Part shown: positions 38,695 through 49,289 of the stretch, piece by piece
Position numbering within the stretch: the first letter of the stretch is position 1
Layout: the number at the start of each line of letters is the position of its first letter
Assembly (NCBI GenBank): GCA_050692555.1
Contig: JBOGVS010000002.1
Location: 50,651 to 114,650 of the forward strand
Direction of reading: 5' to 3'
Origin: Actinomycetota bacterium
GTDB lineage: Bacteria > Actinomycetota > UBA4738 > CALAEC01
Length of the DNA stretch: 64,000 bases
Notes under the pieces: model-generated
What the model saw: the letters and a program-made list of their open reading frames with translations, nothing else
What the model was told of the DNA's origin: nothing
The model's database searches: none
Program-made: the position numbers and the translations under genes

Positions 38695-40712
38695 TCCTTC
38701 TTCTCCTCCGCTTCCTTCTCTTCCGTCTTCAGGAACTTCTCCAGGGCCTCCCGGACCCGTTGGTGCACCACGTACTCGGTGGCGTCCGCATCCACGACCA
38801 CGAACCGTTCCGGATGATCCTCGGCGATCCGAAGGAACGCATCCGCGACCTTGGCATGGAATCGCTCGTCCTCCCCCTCGATTCGATCCGGCTGGTCCCC
38901 CGCGCGGGCCAGGCCCTTGTCCGGCTCCACGTGGAGGAGGATCACCAGGTCGGGGAACAGCCCCTGGGTGGCCCACACGTTCAGCGAGAGGACGTCCTGC
39001 TCCCCGAGGCCCCGTCCCGCGCCCTGGTACGCCAGGGAGGAGTCCAGGTACCGGTCGCACAGCACGACCTTTCCCTCCTCCAGCGCCGGACGGATCACCC
39101 GGGAGACGTGCTGAGCCCGGCTGGCCGCAAACAGCAGGGCCTCGGCCCGAACGTCGATGGCCTCGTTGCTCCCTCGCAGCAGCGAGTCGCGGAGGCGCTC
39201 GCCCAGGGCGGTCCCCCCCGGCTCCCGGGTCACCAGGACGTCGTGCCCCTCCGACTCCAGCCAGTCCTTGGCCAGGTCGATCTGGGTGCCCTTCCCGGCC
39301 CCCTCAACACCTTCGAAGGCGATGAACGTCCCCCGCCGCTCGATCTTCCGGAGCCTGGGGAACAGCCGGAGGGCTCGGGGACGGGCGAGCCTGCTCTTCG
39401 ACAGGCCGATCCGGGAGAAGATGCCGCCGGCCAGCATGATGCCGGCGCCGACCCATATCGCCCCGCGAGGCCCGTCGTCGCCCGGCGTGAAGCCGAGGTC
39501 GGGGAAGGCCTGCGCCAGGACCGGGAAGCCGGCCAGGGACAGGAACAGGCCCAGACGAGCCAGCACCGTGAGCGTGCCGAACACCCTGCCCCGAAGCTCA
39601 TCGCTGACGTTCTCGTGCAGCAGCGTGTACCCGGTGACCCACGTGGAACCCGCCGCGGCTCCCATGATCACGGTGACGATAGCCGCCAGCAGAACGTTGG
39701 GCATGACCGCCAGCACGATGAGCGCGAATCCCCCGCCGAGGATCGCCAGCGGGAAGTAGATGTCCTTGTCCACCACCTTGTGGACCTGGCCGACGAGGGC
39801 CATGCCCGCGACCATCCCCAAACCCACCGCAGACACCAGGAACCCCCACGCCGTGGCAGTGCCTCCCAGGGTGAACTGGGCGAAGATCGGGCCAACCGAC
39901 ATCACCGCCCCGGCCCCCGTGAACGCCAGCACGATCCCCACCGTCATGGCCCGGGCGAACTGGTGCTCTCGAAGGAACCGGACACCCTCGCGCATGTCCG
40001 AGAAGGCCTCACCGAACTCGAGCTTTCCATCTCTCTTCTTGACTCCCCGGCCGATCCGCTCGGAAGCGAGGCCACGGATCATGTACGCCGAGAACGCGAA
40101 CGTGAGCGCGTCGGCCCACAGGGCGACGGACTCGGGGTTCTGATCGAAATAGGCGACCTGGGCGCCCAGCGCTCCGGCCAGTCCGGCCAGCGCCGTGTAC
40201 ACCAGGCCCGCCAGCGGCAGGGTCCCGTACCCGGTGCCCAGGGTGATGGTGTTCGCGTTGGCCAGCTGCCGGCGGGGAACCAGGTTGGGGATGATGGCGT
40301 CGCGGGCCGGGCTCCACAGCAGCGACAGGCACTCGATCAGGAACGAGATCGAGAAGATCCACGGCAGGTGGGGAATCAACGGGAGCGAGGCGTAGCCAAC
40401 GCCCCGGACCACGTCGGCCACGACCATGAGGCGCTTGCGATCGAACCGATCGACCAGTACCCCGGCGAACGGACCGAACACCAGCGAGGGGAGGAGCCGG
40501 GCCAGCATGATGCCGGAGACCGCGAAACCGGCGCTGCCGCCGCCGATCCGAGTGACCAGGGCCACCACGGCGACGAACCCCACCCAGTCCCCCAGCGAGG
40601 ACACCAAGATGGCCCGATACAGACGGGAGAACGAAGGATCCCGGAGAAGGGTGCGGAAGGTAGCGGGGCGGGTCCCCCGCAGGGCGGCGATCTCTTCGGT
40701 GACCGTCGCCAT
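38691..40712 (-). CDS. tmk: Fusion protein: N-terminal MFS-type 12-TM transporter domain (about 450 aa) plus C-terminal thymidylate kinase
   Basis: MFS-like membrane domain through residue about 455, then FIAFEGVEGAGKGTQ (P-loop), DRY motif and lid (LAYQGAGRGL) of dTMP kinase, in a single ORF of 673 aa. Confidence 0.85.
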   Translation of the reverse strand: MATVTEEIAALRGTRPATFRTLLRDPSFSRLYRAILVSSLGDWVGFVAVVALVTRIGGGSAGFAVSGIMLARLLPSLVFGPFAGVLVDRFDRKRLMVVADVVRGVGYASLPLIPHLPWIFSISFLIECLSLLWSPARDAIIPNLVPRRQLANANTITLGTGYGTLPLAGLVYTALAGLAGALGAQVAYFDQNPESVALWADALTFAFSAYMIRGLASERIGRGVKKRDGKLEFGEAFSDMREGVRFLREHQFARAMTVGIVLAFTGAGAVMSVGPIFAQFTLGGTATAWGFLVSAVGLGMVAGMALVGQVHKVVDKDIYFPLAILGGGFALIVLAVMPNVLLAAIVTVIMGAAAGSTWVTGYTLLHENVSDELRGRVFGTLTVLARLGLFLSLAGFPVLAQAFPDLGFTPGDDGPRGAIWVGAGIMLAGGIFSRIGLSKSRLARPRALRLFPRLRKIERRGTFIAFEGVEGAGKGTQIDLAKDWLESEGHDVLVTREPGGTALGERLRDSLLRGSNEAIDVRAEALLFAASRAQHVSRVIRPALEEGKVVLCDRYLDSSLAYQGAGRGLGEQDVLSLNVWATQGLFPDLVILLHVEPDKGLARAGDQPDRIEGEDERFHAKVADAFLRIAEDHPERFVVVDADATEYVVHQRVREALEKFLKTEEKEAEEKKE

Positions 40713-40719
40713 CTAGGTC

Positions 40720-43020
40720 TTAGGCCGCCTCCGTCGGTCCTCCCTCACCGGCTTGGTACCCACACTCACTGCACTTGATCCCCTTCGGCGCGTCCACCAG
40801 CAGCCCGCCGCACTTCGGACAGGGCTCCGGCAGCGGCCGGTGCCCCACGGTGAAGTCACACTCAGGGTAACGGTTGCAGCCGTAGAAGACGCCCCCGCGC
40901 CGCCGGCGGGTCCGCTTGACGATGAGCTCGCCTTCCTTGCACTGCGGGCAGGCCACCCCGGTCTTCTCCTCCTCCTTCTTCACGTACTTGCAGTCCGGGT
41001 ACCGGTCGCAGCCCACGAACATGCCGTACCGCCCCATCTTCTTCACCAGGTTCCCGACTGGGTCTCGCCCCTCCTCCGCACACTGGGGGCAGGTCTCGCC
41101 GATGGGCTCCGGCTCGGGGCGCTCGCCGCCGTCGAGGTTCCTGGAGTAGTCGCAGTCCGGGTAGCGATCGCACGAGATGAACCGTCCGAACCGGCCGAGC
41201 TTGTTGACCAGTTGGCCTTCCTTGCACTTCGGACAGGTCTCACCGATCGGCTCGGCGGTGATCTCCTGGCGGTCGATCTCCTCGTTCTTCTTCTCCAGGA
41301 GCCGCTCGAACGGGCCGTAGAACTCGTCGAGCACCTGTATCCAGCCCATCTTGCCCTCGGCGATCTCGTCGAGCTCCTCCTCCATCCGCGCGGTGAAGGA
41401 GTAGTCGACGATCTCCGTGAAGTGGTCGACCAGGAGGTCGATGACCACGAAGGCGACGTCCTCGGGGAACAGGCGCCGCTCTTCCAGCCGCACGTACTTG
41501 CGGTCCAGGAGGTTGGAGATGGTCGGGGCGTACGTCGACGGACGTCCGATGCCCAGACGCTCCAGCTCCTTGACCAGCGAGGCCTCCGTGTACCGGGGCG
41601 GCGGCTGGGTGAAGTGCTGCTCGGGGAGGATCCCCAGCAGCCGGAGCACCTGCTCCTCGGTCAGCTCGGGGAGCCTCGACTCCTCGTCCTGGTCGGGGGC
41701 GTCGTCCGCCGACTCCCAGTACACCCGGCGGAACCCGTCGAACTTCACGGTCTGCCCGGTGGCCCGGAGCAGGTACCGTGGGGCGTTTCCGGCGACCGCC
41801 TCGACGTCCACGGAGACCTGGTCCAGCAGTGCCTCCGCCATCTGGCTGGCCACGGCTCGCTGCCACACCAGCCGATACAGCTTGGCCTGGTCCGCGGTCA
41901 GGTGCGGTGCGACGTCGTCCGGGAGCCGGACCGCCTTCGTGGGGCGGATGGCCTCGTGGGCTTCCTGCGCCCCTCGAGACTTGGTCCTGTACCGCCGGCC
42001 ACGGGCCAGCGCGTACTCGTCTCCGAACTGCCGTTTCACCACGGTCCGGATCTCCCTGATGGACGTCTCGGCCAGGTTGGTGGAGTCCGTACGCATGTAG
42101 GTGATCAGGCCAACCTGCCCCTCCCCGGGGAGCTCGACGCCCTCATAGAGCTGCTGGGCCACCCGCATGGCCTTTCGGGAGGAGAAATACAGCTTCCGCC
42201 CGGCCTCCTGCTGCAGGGTCGACGTGGTGAACGGCGGCGCGGGGCGGCGCTTGCGCTCGCTCCTGCGGATCTCCGCCACCTTGTAGGTGGCCCGCTCCAG
42301 GTTGCCGGCGTGCTCCGTGGCCTCCTTCTCCTTGAGGACCTTCCCCTTCTTGTCGGGAGAAGCGGCCAGCTTGTCGTCGTCGATCTGGAACAGGCGCGAG
42401 GTGAACGCGTCATCATCGGCGTCTGGGGTAAGGCGGGCGTCGACGGTCCAGTACTCCTTGGGCTTGAACGCGTCGATCTCCCGCTGGCGCTCCACGATGA
42501 GGCGAAGGGCCACGGACTGCACCCGTCCCGCTGACAGACCGGTTCGCACCTTCTTCCATAGAAGGGGCGACAGGTTGTAACCGACCAAGCGGTCGAGGAT
42601 CCGCCGGGCCTGTTGAGCCTCGACCAGGCGGAGATCGATCGACCGCGGGTTGTCGAACGCTTCCTTCACGGCGTCCTCGGTGATCTCCGTGAACGTCACC
42701 CGCTTGGCGTCCTGCGGCTTGACGTTCAACACCTCGGTCAGATGGAAGGCGATGGCCTCGCCTTCTCGGTCGAAGTCGGTGGCCAGCCACAGCTCGTCCG
42801 CCCGCTTGTGCGCGGCCTTCAGCGTGGACACCACCTTCTTCTTCTCCTCCGGGACCACGAAGTCCGGACGGAAGTCACGCTCGGTGTCCACGCCCATGGG
42901 GTTCTTGGGGAGGTCGCGGATGTGCCCGTAGGACGCCTTCACGGAGAAGCCACGCCCGAGATACCGCTCGAGCGTCTTCGCCTTGGTCGGCGACTCCACG
43001 ATCACCAGATTCTTCGTCAT
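40720..43020 (-). CDS. topA: DNA topoisomerase I with four C-terminal C4 zinc ribbons
   Basis: Toprim MTKNLVIVESPTKAKT and catalytic Tyr region (ITYMRTDST). Four Cys4 motifs: CPKCK...CDRYPDC, CPQC...CDRYPDC, CPQCK...CNRYPEC and CPKCG...CSECG. Confidence 0.95.
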   Translation of the reverse strand: MTKNLVIVESPTKAKTLERYLGRGFSVKASYGHIRDLPKNPMGVDTERDFRPDFVVPEEKKKVVSTLKAAHKRADELWLATDFDREGEAIAFHLTEVLNVKPQDAKRVTFTEITEDAVKEAFDNPRSIDLRLVEAQQARRILDRLVGYNLSPLLWKKVRTGLSAGRVQSVALRLIVERQREIDAFKPKEYWTVDARLTPDADDDAFTSRLFQIDDDKLAASPDKKGKVLKEKEATEHAGNLERATYKVAEIRRSERKRRPAPPFTTSTLQQEAGRKLYFSSRKAMRVAQQLYEGVELPGEGQVGLITYMRTDSTNLAETSIREIRTVVKRQFGDEYALARGRRYRTKSRGAQEAHEAIRPTKAVRLPDDVAPHLTADQAKLYRLVWQRAVASQMAEALLDQVSVDVEAVAGNAPRYLLRATGQTVKFDGFRRVYWESADDAPDQDEESRLPELTEEQVLRLLGILPEQHFTQPPPRYTEASLVKELERLGIGRPSTYAPTISNLLDRKYVRLEERRLFPEDVAFVVIDLLVDHFTEIVDYSFTARMEEELDEIAEGKMGWIQVLDEFYGPFERLLEKKNEEIDRQEITAEPIGETCPKCKEGQLVNKLGRFGRFISCDRYPDCDYSRNLDGGERPEPEPIGETCPQCAEEGRDPVGNLVKKMGRYGMFVGCDRYPDCKYVKKEEEKTGVACPQCKEGELIVKRTRRRRGGVFYGCNRYPECDFTVGHRPLPEPCPKCGGLLVDAPKGIKCSECGYQAGEGGPTEAA

Positions 43021-43059
43021 CTCAAAGCCCGCCTAGTTACATGAGGGGATGAGCGTCTG

Positions 43060-43563
43060 TCAAGTGTTCACCCGATGGCGGCCACTCACGCTCCAGGGGT
43101 CGGTGTCGGCCGCTACGGTCACTTGCTTGAGCACCAGGGTGTCGGCGATCCGATCGTGCCAACCCTGCTTGCGCGGGTCCGCGGCGATCCAGAGGTATCC
43201 GATCCCCAGCGTAGCGGCCACGATCACGCGGCCGATCACCTCGCGGAACACCACGGTCAACCAGCCCGGGCGCTCCAGTCCTGCCGTTACAACACGCAAC
43301 CGCACCGCATGCTTCCCGAGCGTCCCGCCGGTGGTCCCCGTGGTCAGCACCAGGTACACCCAAAACGCTCCCAAAACGGCCAGGCCGGAAGCCCGCACCG
43401 AGCCCAGAACCAGGGGGTCGGGGAGTACCGCGCGCCACAGCCGGCGGAACGGCACCGCCCACGCCGCGGTAACCAGGAGGTCGATGAGGAAGGCGCCCAG
43501 CCTGGACCCCAAACCGGCGTACACCAGGAGCCGCTCCTGGGCGGCCCGACCGGTGGCGCTCAT
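43060..43563 (-). CDS. RDD-family membrane protein
   Basis: YAGLGSRLGAFLIDLLV...GGTLGKHAVRLRVV...RKQGWHDRIADTLV is the RDD motif set. Confidence 0.7.
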   Translation of the reverse strand: MSATGRAAQERLLVYAGLGSRLGAFLIDLLVTAAWAVPFRRLWRAVLPDPLVLGSVRASGLAVLGAFWVYLVLTTGTTGGTLGKHAVRLRVVTAGLERPGWLTVVFREVIGRVIVAATLGIGYLWIAADPRKQGWHDRIADTLVLKQVTVAADTDPWSVSGRHRVNT

Positions 43564-44510
43564 GCCACGTAGAGATACTTGAGCACCGGCCCGGTGACCC
43601 CCACCCGGCGCTCGATCTCCTCCACTGGGCTGTCGAACCCGGGGAACCGTGGCCGCAGGAGGTCGGCCAGGGAGACGTCGGGTGCGTACTCCACCACGAT
43701 GGCCTGGTCGAGCCCGGCGAGTTCACGCGCGGTCGCCACCGCGGCGTCGAAGTCGCCGAGCTGGTCCACCAGGCCGGCCTCCTCAGCCTGCGCTCCCGAC
43801 AGCGGCCGGCCATCGGCCACCCCGGTGACCTCACCGGAGGAGAGATGCCGGCCCTCCGCGACCACGCCGGTGAACCGGTCGTAGGCCTCGTCCAGGAGGG
43901 TCTGGAAGATCTCTCGCTCCTCCTCGGTGAGCTGGCGGAACGGCGATCCGATGTCCTTCAGCCGCCCCGCGGTGATCACCACCGGCTCGATCCCGAGCTT
44001 GCCCGCGGCGTCCTGGAGGTTGACCAGCACCAGGATCACCCCGATAGATCCCGTGATCGTCGAAGGGTTGGCCACGATCCGGTCGGCGCCCGCGGAGATG
44101 AAGTACCCACCGGAGGCGGCCACCCCGCCCATGGACGCCACCACCGGCTTGCCCGCTCGTCGAAGGTCGAGCACTTCCCGGTACACCTCGTCCGCGGCGA
44201 CAACCGAGCCACCGGGAGTGTTGAGCCGAAGGATCACCGCCTTCACCGTGTCGTCCCGGCGGGCCTGCTGGAGCTGGGACACCAGGTCGGCGGCCACGGC
44301 AACGCCATCGCCGGCGCCGGTCTCCACGATCTCACCCTCCACGTTCACCACCGCGATCACGTCGTCGCCCTCGCCCTGCACGAACACCTCGTCCCAGGGG
44401 CCAGTGTCGGCACCAACGCCGGTTCCCGAATAACGGCCCACGACGTACACCATGCCCAGGAACAGGGCGACGGCTGCGGCCAGCGAAACCCATCGTTTCG
44501 TGTTCACGAC
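43560..44510 (-). CDS. sppA: Signal peptide peptidase SppA (36K type)
   Basis: ClpP/crotonase fold with a Ser-Lys dyad (SMGGVAASGGYFIS...ITGSIGV). The start is uncertain (VNTKRW or upstream); the track ORF extends to 44558. Confidence 0.75.
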   Translation of the reverse strand, partial: VVNTKRWVSLAAAVALFLGMVYVVGRYSGTGVGADTGPWDEVFVQGEGDDVIAVVNVEGEIVETGAGDGVAVAADLVSQLQQARRDDTVKAVILRLNTPGGSVVAADEVYREVLDLRRAGKPVVASMGGVAASGGYFISAGADRIVANPSTITGSIGVILVLVNLQDAAGKLGIEPVVITAGRLKDIGSPFRQLTEEEREIFQTLLDEAYDRFTGVVAEGRHLSSGEVTGVADGRPLSGAQAEEAGLVDQLGDFDAAVATARELAGLDQAIVVEYAPDVSLADLLRPRFPGFDSPVEEIERRVGVTGPVLKYLYVA

Positions 44511-44563
44511 CCGGCCATGGTAGCGCGGAGCACCGCGTGAACCCGGTGATAGGCTCACAGCCC

Positions 44564-45205
44564 ATGCTCGAATGGCTCGAGCACATCATCACCGACTACC
44601 TCGCCGACTACGGATACATCGCCGTATTCGTGCTGATGGTGCTGGAGTCGGCGTGCATCCCCATCCCGTCCGAAGTCACCATGGTGTTCGGCGGGTTTCT
44701 CGTCTCCCGCGGAGAGCTCGACTTCTTCTGGGTGGCCATGCTGGGCACCCTCGCCAACGTGGTGGGGTCGTGGCTGGCGTATTGGGTGGGCCTTCTTGGC
44801 GGCCGGCCGCTGATCCTCCGGTGGGGCCGCTACATCCTGCTCCGAGAACACGAGCTGGACCGCGCGCACGAGTGGTTCGAGCGCCACGGCGAGGCGGCGG
44901 TGTTCGTGTCCCGGCTCCTTCCCGTGGTTCGCACGTTCATCAGCCTTCCCGCCGGCGTGGCCAGGATGCCGTTCGGGAAGTTCACCCTGTACACCTTCCT
45001 GGGGTGCCTGCCGTGGACGTTCGCGCTCACGTGGGCCGGTGTGGTGCTGGGCGACAACTGGGAGACGTTCCTCCGCTACGGCGAGCCGATCAGCTGGGTC
45101 ATCGCGCTGGGGTCCGTGGCGTTCATCACGTGGTGGGTGGTGAAGCGGATCCGGGCGCGGCGAGCGGCGGAGCGAGCCTCCGGCGCCGACGAGCCCTTGC
45201 TTTGA
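44564..45205 (+). CDS. DedA-family membrane protein (SNARE-associated domain)
   Basis: YGYIAVFVLMVLESACIPIPSEVTMVFGGFL...GRYILLREHELDRAHEWFERHGEAAVFVSRLLPVVRTFISLPAG. Confidence 0.8.
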   Translation: MLEWLEHIITDYLADYGYIAVFVLMVLESACIPIPSEVTMVFGGFLVSRGELDFFWVAMLGTLANVVGSWLAYWVGLLGGRPLILRWGRYILLREHELDRAHEWFERHGEAAVFVSRLLPVVRTFISLPAGVARMPFGKFTLYTFLGCLPWTFALTWAGVVLGDNWETFLRYGEPISWVIALGSVAFITWWVVKRIRARRAAERASGADEPLL

Positions 45206-45262
45206 CGCCGGGCCACCCTGCTGGTAGGGTGTCCGGCGACGCAGGCTGACCAGACGACTGGA

Positions 45263-45301
45263 GGCCGCGGCACCACTCGTGCCGCGGCCCCTTTTTCGTT
45301 T
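45263..45301 (+). terminator. Rho-independent terminator after dedA
   Basis: GGCCGCGGCAC-cactc-GTGCCGCGGCC followed by CCTTTTTCGTTTT: an 11-bp GC stem plus a U-tract, rare in this GC-rich window. Confidence 0.7.
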
Positions 45302-45409
45302 TGGGACGCGGGGGCACCAGGTGCTCCCGCTGTGGCGCGGCGTGCGCGGTTGACCGGACAACCGGAGACCGGGACGGGAGCGGTTGGACGAGTCGACAGG
45401 AGGTAGGGA

Positions 45410-46471
45410 ATGCGCAGGCCGACTTCTCGCACAGCGTCCGCCCTGGCGATATCGATGCTCGCCGCGGTGGCATGCTCGAGTGCCGGGGGCACCACCGCGT
45501 CCGGGGAATGCGTACCGCCGGAGACCCCGGTGATCACGCTCGCGGCGTACAGCACCCCTCGTGAGGCGTACGGAAAGATCATCCCGGCCTTCACCGAGCA
45601 GTGGGCCGAAGAGCACGGCGGCCAGAGGGTCATCTTCCAGGAGTCCTACGGCGCCAGCACGACCCAGGCCGAGAACATGATCGCCGGGTTCGAGGCCGAC
45701 GTCGCGGCTCTGTCCCTGGCGCCCGACCTCGATCAGGTGGTGGACGCCGGACTCATCACCCACGACTGGACAGCCGAGCCGGACAACGGGATGGTCTCCA
45801 GCTCGGTGGTCGTGCTCGACGTCCGTCCCGGAAATCCGGACGGGATCCAGGACTTCGACGACCTGACGACGCCGGGGACCGAGGTCCTCACCCCAGACCC
45901 GGCTTCGAGTGGCGGGGCCCGGTGGAACATCGTGGCCGCCTACGGCGCCTCGATGCGCGGTCACGCCGGAGGCACCGAGGGCGACACGGCTGCGGCACAG
46001 GAGCTGCTCAGAGGGATCTTCGCCAACGTGACCGTGCTCGACAAGAGCGCCCGCGACTCGATCAAGAACATCGAGGCCGGCAACGGCACGGTGGCCATCA
46101 CCTACGAGAACGAGGTGCTCACGGCCCAGGAGGCCGGGCTGGAAGACGAGATGGTCATCCCGCCGTCGACCGTGCTGATCGAGAACCCCGTGGCGGTGGT
46201 CGATGAGTACGCGGCGAAGCACTGCGTGGAGGACGTCGCCCGGGGCTTCGTGGACTTCCTCCACACCGACGAGGCCAAGGAGCTGTTCGCCACGGTCGGG
46301 TTCCTCCGACCCACCGACCCTGCCGAGGCCGCGGCGGGAGACGGCGAGCGGTTCCCGCCCATCGAGGACCTCTTCACGGTGGATGACCTCGGCGGCTGGG
46401 AAGCCATCGAGCGGGACGTGTTCGGGGAGCAGGGCGCCTTCACGTTGGCCTTCGACGAGGCTCAGGCCTAA
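45410..46471 (+). CDS. sbp: Sulfate/thiosulfate ABC transporter substrate-binding lipoprotein
   Basis: Lipobox LAAVAC. Sbp/CysP family motifs are present, including TPDPASSGGARWN. Confidence 0.85.
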   Translation: MRRPTSRTASALAISMLAAVACSSAGGTTASGECVPPETPVITLAAYSTPREAYGKIIPAFTEQWAEEHGGQRVIFQESYGASTTQAENMIAGFEADVAALSLAPDLDQVVDAGLITHDWTAEPDNGMVSSSVVVLDVRPGNPDGIQDFDDLTTPGTEVLTPDPASSGGARWNIVAAYGASMRGHAGGTEGDTAAAQELLRGIFANVTVLDKSARDSIKNIEAGNGTVAITYENEVLTAQEAGLEDEMVIPPSTVLIENPVAVVDEYAAKHCVEDVARGFVDFLHTDEAKELFATVGFLRPTDPAEAAAGDGERFPPIEDLFTVDDLGGWEAIERDVFGEQGAFTLAFDEAQA

Positions 46472-46473
46472 CG

Positions 46474-47334
46474 ATGGGAGTGGGGACGCTCGAACGAGGA
46501 CGGACGGGAGGCCGCGCCCGGCTTCAGCTGGGCGCGGCACTCGGCTGCTACGGCCTCCGCGGGACGGCTCTCGTCTACCTCGGCGCCCTGGTCATCCTGC
46601 CGGTGGTGGCCATCGTGGCCGAGGGATTCGGCGGCGGCCTGTCGGCCCTGGGGAGCGCGCTGACCACGACCGGGGCGGTGCAGGCCATCGTCCTCACCCT
46701 GGTCATGGCGACCCTGACCGCGATCATCAACGGGGTGTTCGGCACCCTGCTGGCGTACGTGCTCGTACGTCTGCGCTTCCCCGGACGCGGGGTGCTGTCC
46801 ACGATCGTGGACCTTCCGTTCGCCATCCCCACCCTGGTCGCCGGGGTCATGCTCGTGGCCCTGTACGGTCCCAACTCGCCGGTGGGGGCGTTCCTCCAGG
46901 GGATTGGGATCAAGGTCATCTTTGCCCAGCTGGGGATCCTGCTGGCCATGCTGTTCGTCACGCTGCCGCTGGTGGTCCGGACAGTCCAGCCCGTGCTTCT
47001 CGAGCTGGACCCCGCGGAGGAGGAGGCCGCCCGGGTGCTGGGTGCCAGGCGGTGGACCACGTTCCGCAAGGTGATGCTGCCGGCACTCCGTCCGGCCATA
47101 GCCGCCGGGGCCCTCCTGGCCTTCGCCCGCGCGCTCGGCGAGTTCGGAGCCATCGTGCTCGTCTCCGGGAACATCACCGGGCGGACCCTCACGGCCCCGG
47201 TGTTCATCTTCCAGCTCACCACGCAGTTCCGCTACGCGGAAGCCGCCGCCGTCTCGGCCCTGCTGTTCGGCCTCTCGCTGGTCCTCGTCCTGGTCACCGA
47301 GCGGCTGACCGCCCACCGGAGTGATGCCGGGTGA
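46474..47334 (+). CDS. cysT: Sulfate ABC transporter permease CysT
   Basis: BPD_transp_1 permease with EAA loop ([16 protein letters not shown]). Second gene after sbp. Confidence 0.85.
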   Translation: MGVGTLERGRTGGRARLQLGAALGCYGLRGTALVYLGALVILPVVAIVAEGFGGGLSALGSALTTTGAVQAIVLTLVMATLTAIINGVFGTLLAYVLVRLRFPGRGVLSTIVDLPFAIPTLVAGVMLVALYGPNSPVGAFLQGIGIKVIFAQLGILLAMLFVTLPLVVRTVQPVLLELDPAEEEAARVLGARRWTTFRKVMLPALRPAIAAGALLAFARALGEFGAIVLVSGNITGRTLTAPVFIFQLTTQFRYAEAAAVSALLFGLSLVLVLVTERLTAHRSDAG

Positions 47335-48176
47335 GCACCGAGTCGGGACTGGAAGCGCTGGGCAAGGACCGCGGGCGCCTGGCCCGCGGAGCGATGATCA
47401 CGGGCGCGCTCCTGTTCGTCGGGATCCTGCTGATCGCCCCACTGATCGCCATCGTGTGGTCGGCGCTCGATCAGGGGGCGGGGATCGTGGGCCGGACGTT
47501 CGGGCTGGCCGACGTGCAACATGCGTTCCTGCTCACGCTGGTCATCACCTTGATCACCGTGGTGGTCACGGGCGTGCTCGGCATCGTGGTGGCCCTGGTG
47601 TTGGCCAGAGACCGGTTCCCCGGCAAGGGGCTCCTGAGCGCCGTGGTGGACCTGCCCCTGGCCGTCTCCCCGGTGATCGTGGGGCTCATGGCGGTGATCC
47701 TGTTCGGCCGGGGCGGGTGGTTCGAGGCGTTCTTCGCCGCTCGTGGGATCCAGATCCTGTTCGCGCTGCCGTCCATGGTCCTGGTGACGATCTTCATCTG
47801 CATCCCGTTCGTGATCCGCGAGGTGACGCCGGTGCTCCAGGAGCTGGGCATGGAGGAGGAGCAAGCGGCCTGGACCCTGGGAGCCTCCCGGATCACCACG
47901 TTCTTCCGGGTGACGCTTCCGAACGTCCGGTGGGGGCTGCTCTACGGGGTGGCCCTGTCGTCGGCGCGTGCGATGGGGGAGATCGGGGCGGTTCTGATCG
48001 TCAGCGGCGCCATCCAGGGCCACACCGAGACGGCCACGCTGTACATCCTCACCGCCCTGGAGGAACGGCAGGACGCCCAGGGGTTCGTGGTGGCTCTGAC
48101 GCTGGCCGCGGCGTCGGTCCTCATCCTCCTGGCCATCGAGTTCTTCAAGCGGCGGCAGAGAAAGGAGGCGACGTGA
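47331..48176 (+). CDS. cysW: Sulfate ABC transporter permease CysW
   Basis: Paralogous permease ([19 protein letters not shown]). 4-nt overlap with cysT. Confidence 0.85.
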   Translation: MSTESGLEALGKDRGRLARGAMITGALLFVGILLIAPLIAIVWSALDQGAGIVGRTFGLADVQHAFLLTLVITLITVVVTGVLGIVVALVLARDRFPGKGLLSAVVDLPLAVSPVIVGLMAVILFGRGGWFEAFFAARGIQILFALPSMVLVTIFICIPFVIREVTPVLQELGMEEEQAAWTLGASRITTFFRVTLPNVRWGLLYGVALSSARAMGEIGAVLIVSGAIQGHTETATLYILTALEERQDAQGFVVALTLAAASVLILLAIEFFKRRQRKEAT

Positions 48177-49252
48177 GCGCGACGGTGATCGTGGAGAACC
48201 TGGTCAAGAGCTTCGGCGACTTCCGTGCCGTGGACGACGTCAGCTTCGACGCCCAGGACGGCAAGATCACCGCCCTGCTCGGCCCGAGCGGCTCCGGCAA
48301 GAGCACCGTGCTCAGGACCATCGCGGGACTGGAGCGGCCCGACGGCGGCCGGATCACCCTGGTGGGAGTGGACCAGACCGACGCCACCGTCCAGGAGCGC
48401 CGGGTCGGCTTCGTCTTCCAGCACTACGCGCTGTTCCGGCACATGACCGTGCGGCAGAACATCGGATTCGGCCTCTCGGTGCGGAGGGAGGCCAAGGCGT
48501 CCATCCGCAAGCGGGTGGACGAGCTGTTGGAGCTGGTCCAGCTGACGCCCTTCGCGGGACGGTACCCCCACAACCTGTCCGGCGGGCAGCGTCAGCGGGT
48601 GGCGCTGGCCCGGGCCCTGGCCGCCCGGCCCCGGGTCCTGCTTCTCGACGAGCCCTTCGGAGCACTCGACGCTCGCGTCCGCCAGGACCTCCGTCACTGG
48701 CTCGACGAGCTCCACCGGGAGCTGGGGGTCACCAGCATCCTGGTCACCCACGATCAGGAGGAGGCTCTGGAGCTGGCCGACCGGGTGGTGCTGATGCATC
48801 ACGGGCGTGTCCAGCAGGTGGGCAGCCCGGAGGACGTCTACAACAATCCGGCCACTCCTTTCGTGGCCGGGTTCCTGGGGGCCGCCAACGTGCTGGTGGG
48901 GCGGGTGCGTGACGGCCGCCTGCAGGTCGGGAGCGAGGCCCTCGGCGATGCCGCTCACCTCAACGAGGGCACCCCGGCCCGGGCATACGTCCGGCCCCAC
49001 GACGTCCGGGTGTCGGCGCCCGGAAATGGCGGCCCGGCCGTCGAGGCTACACTGGAGCGCATCAACAACCTGGGATGGATGTCCAAGCTGTACCTCCGTT
49101 TCTCCGACGGCCAGGGACTGATCGCCCACATCCCGAACGAGGAAGTGGGCCCGCACCAACCGGGCGAACACGTGTGGGTGGACCTGCGCCAGGCCAAGGT
49201 CTTCGACGCCGGCGACGCCGAAGCCGAGGCGCCGACGCGGTCGAGCGGATAG
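48173..49252 (+). CDS. cysA: Sulfate/thiosulfate import ATP-binding protein CysA
   Basis: GTG start overlapping the cysW stop. Walker [10 protein letters not shown], signature [15 protein letters not shown] and a TOBE-like C-terminal domain. Confidence 0.9.
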   Translation: MSATVIVENLVKSFGDFRAVDDVSFDAQDGKITALLGPSGSGKSTVLRTIAGLERPDGGRITLVGVDQTDATVQERRVGFVFQHYALFRHMTVRQNIGFGLSVRREAKASIRKRVDELLELVQLTPFAGRYPHNLSGGQRQRVALARALAARPRVLLLDEPFGALDARVRQDLRHWLDELHRELGVTSILVTHDQEEALELADRVVLMHHGRVQQVGSPEDVYNNPATPFVAGFLGAANVLVGRVRDGRLQVGSEALGDAAHLNEGTPARAYVRPHDVRVSAPGNGGPAVEATLERINNLGWMSKLYLRFSDGQGLIAHIPNEEVGPHQPGEHVWVDLRQAKVFDAGDAEAEAPTRSSG

Positions 49253-49289
49253 CCCGGAGCGAGATGCCAGCCCAGGGGAGAAGTCGCCC

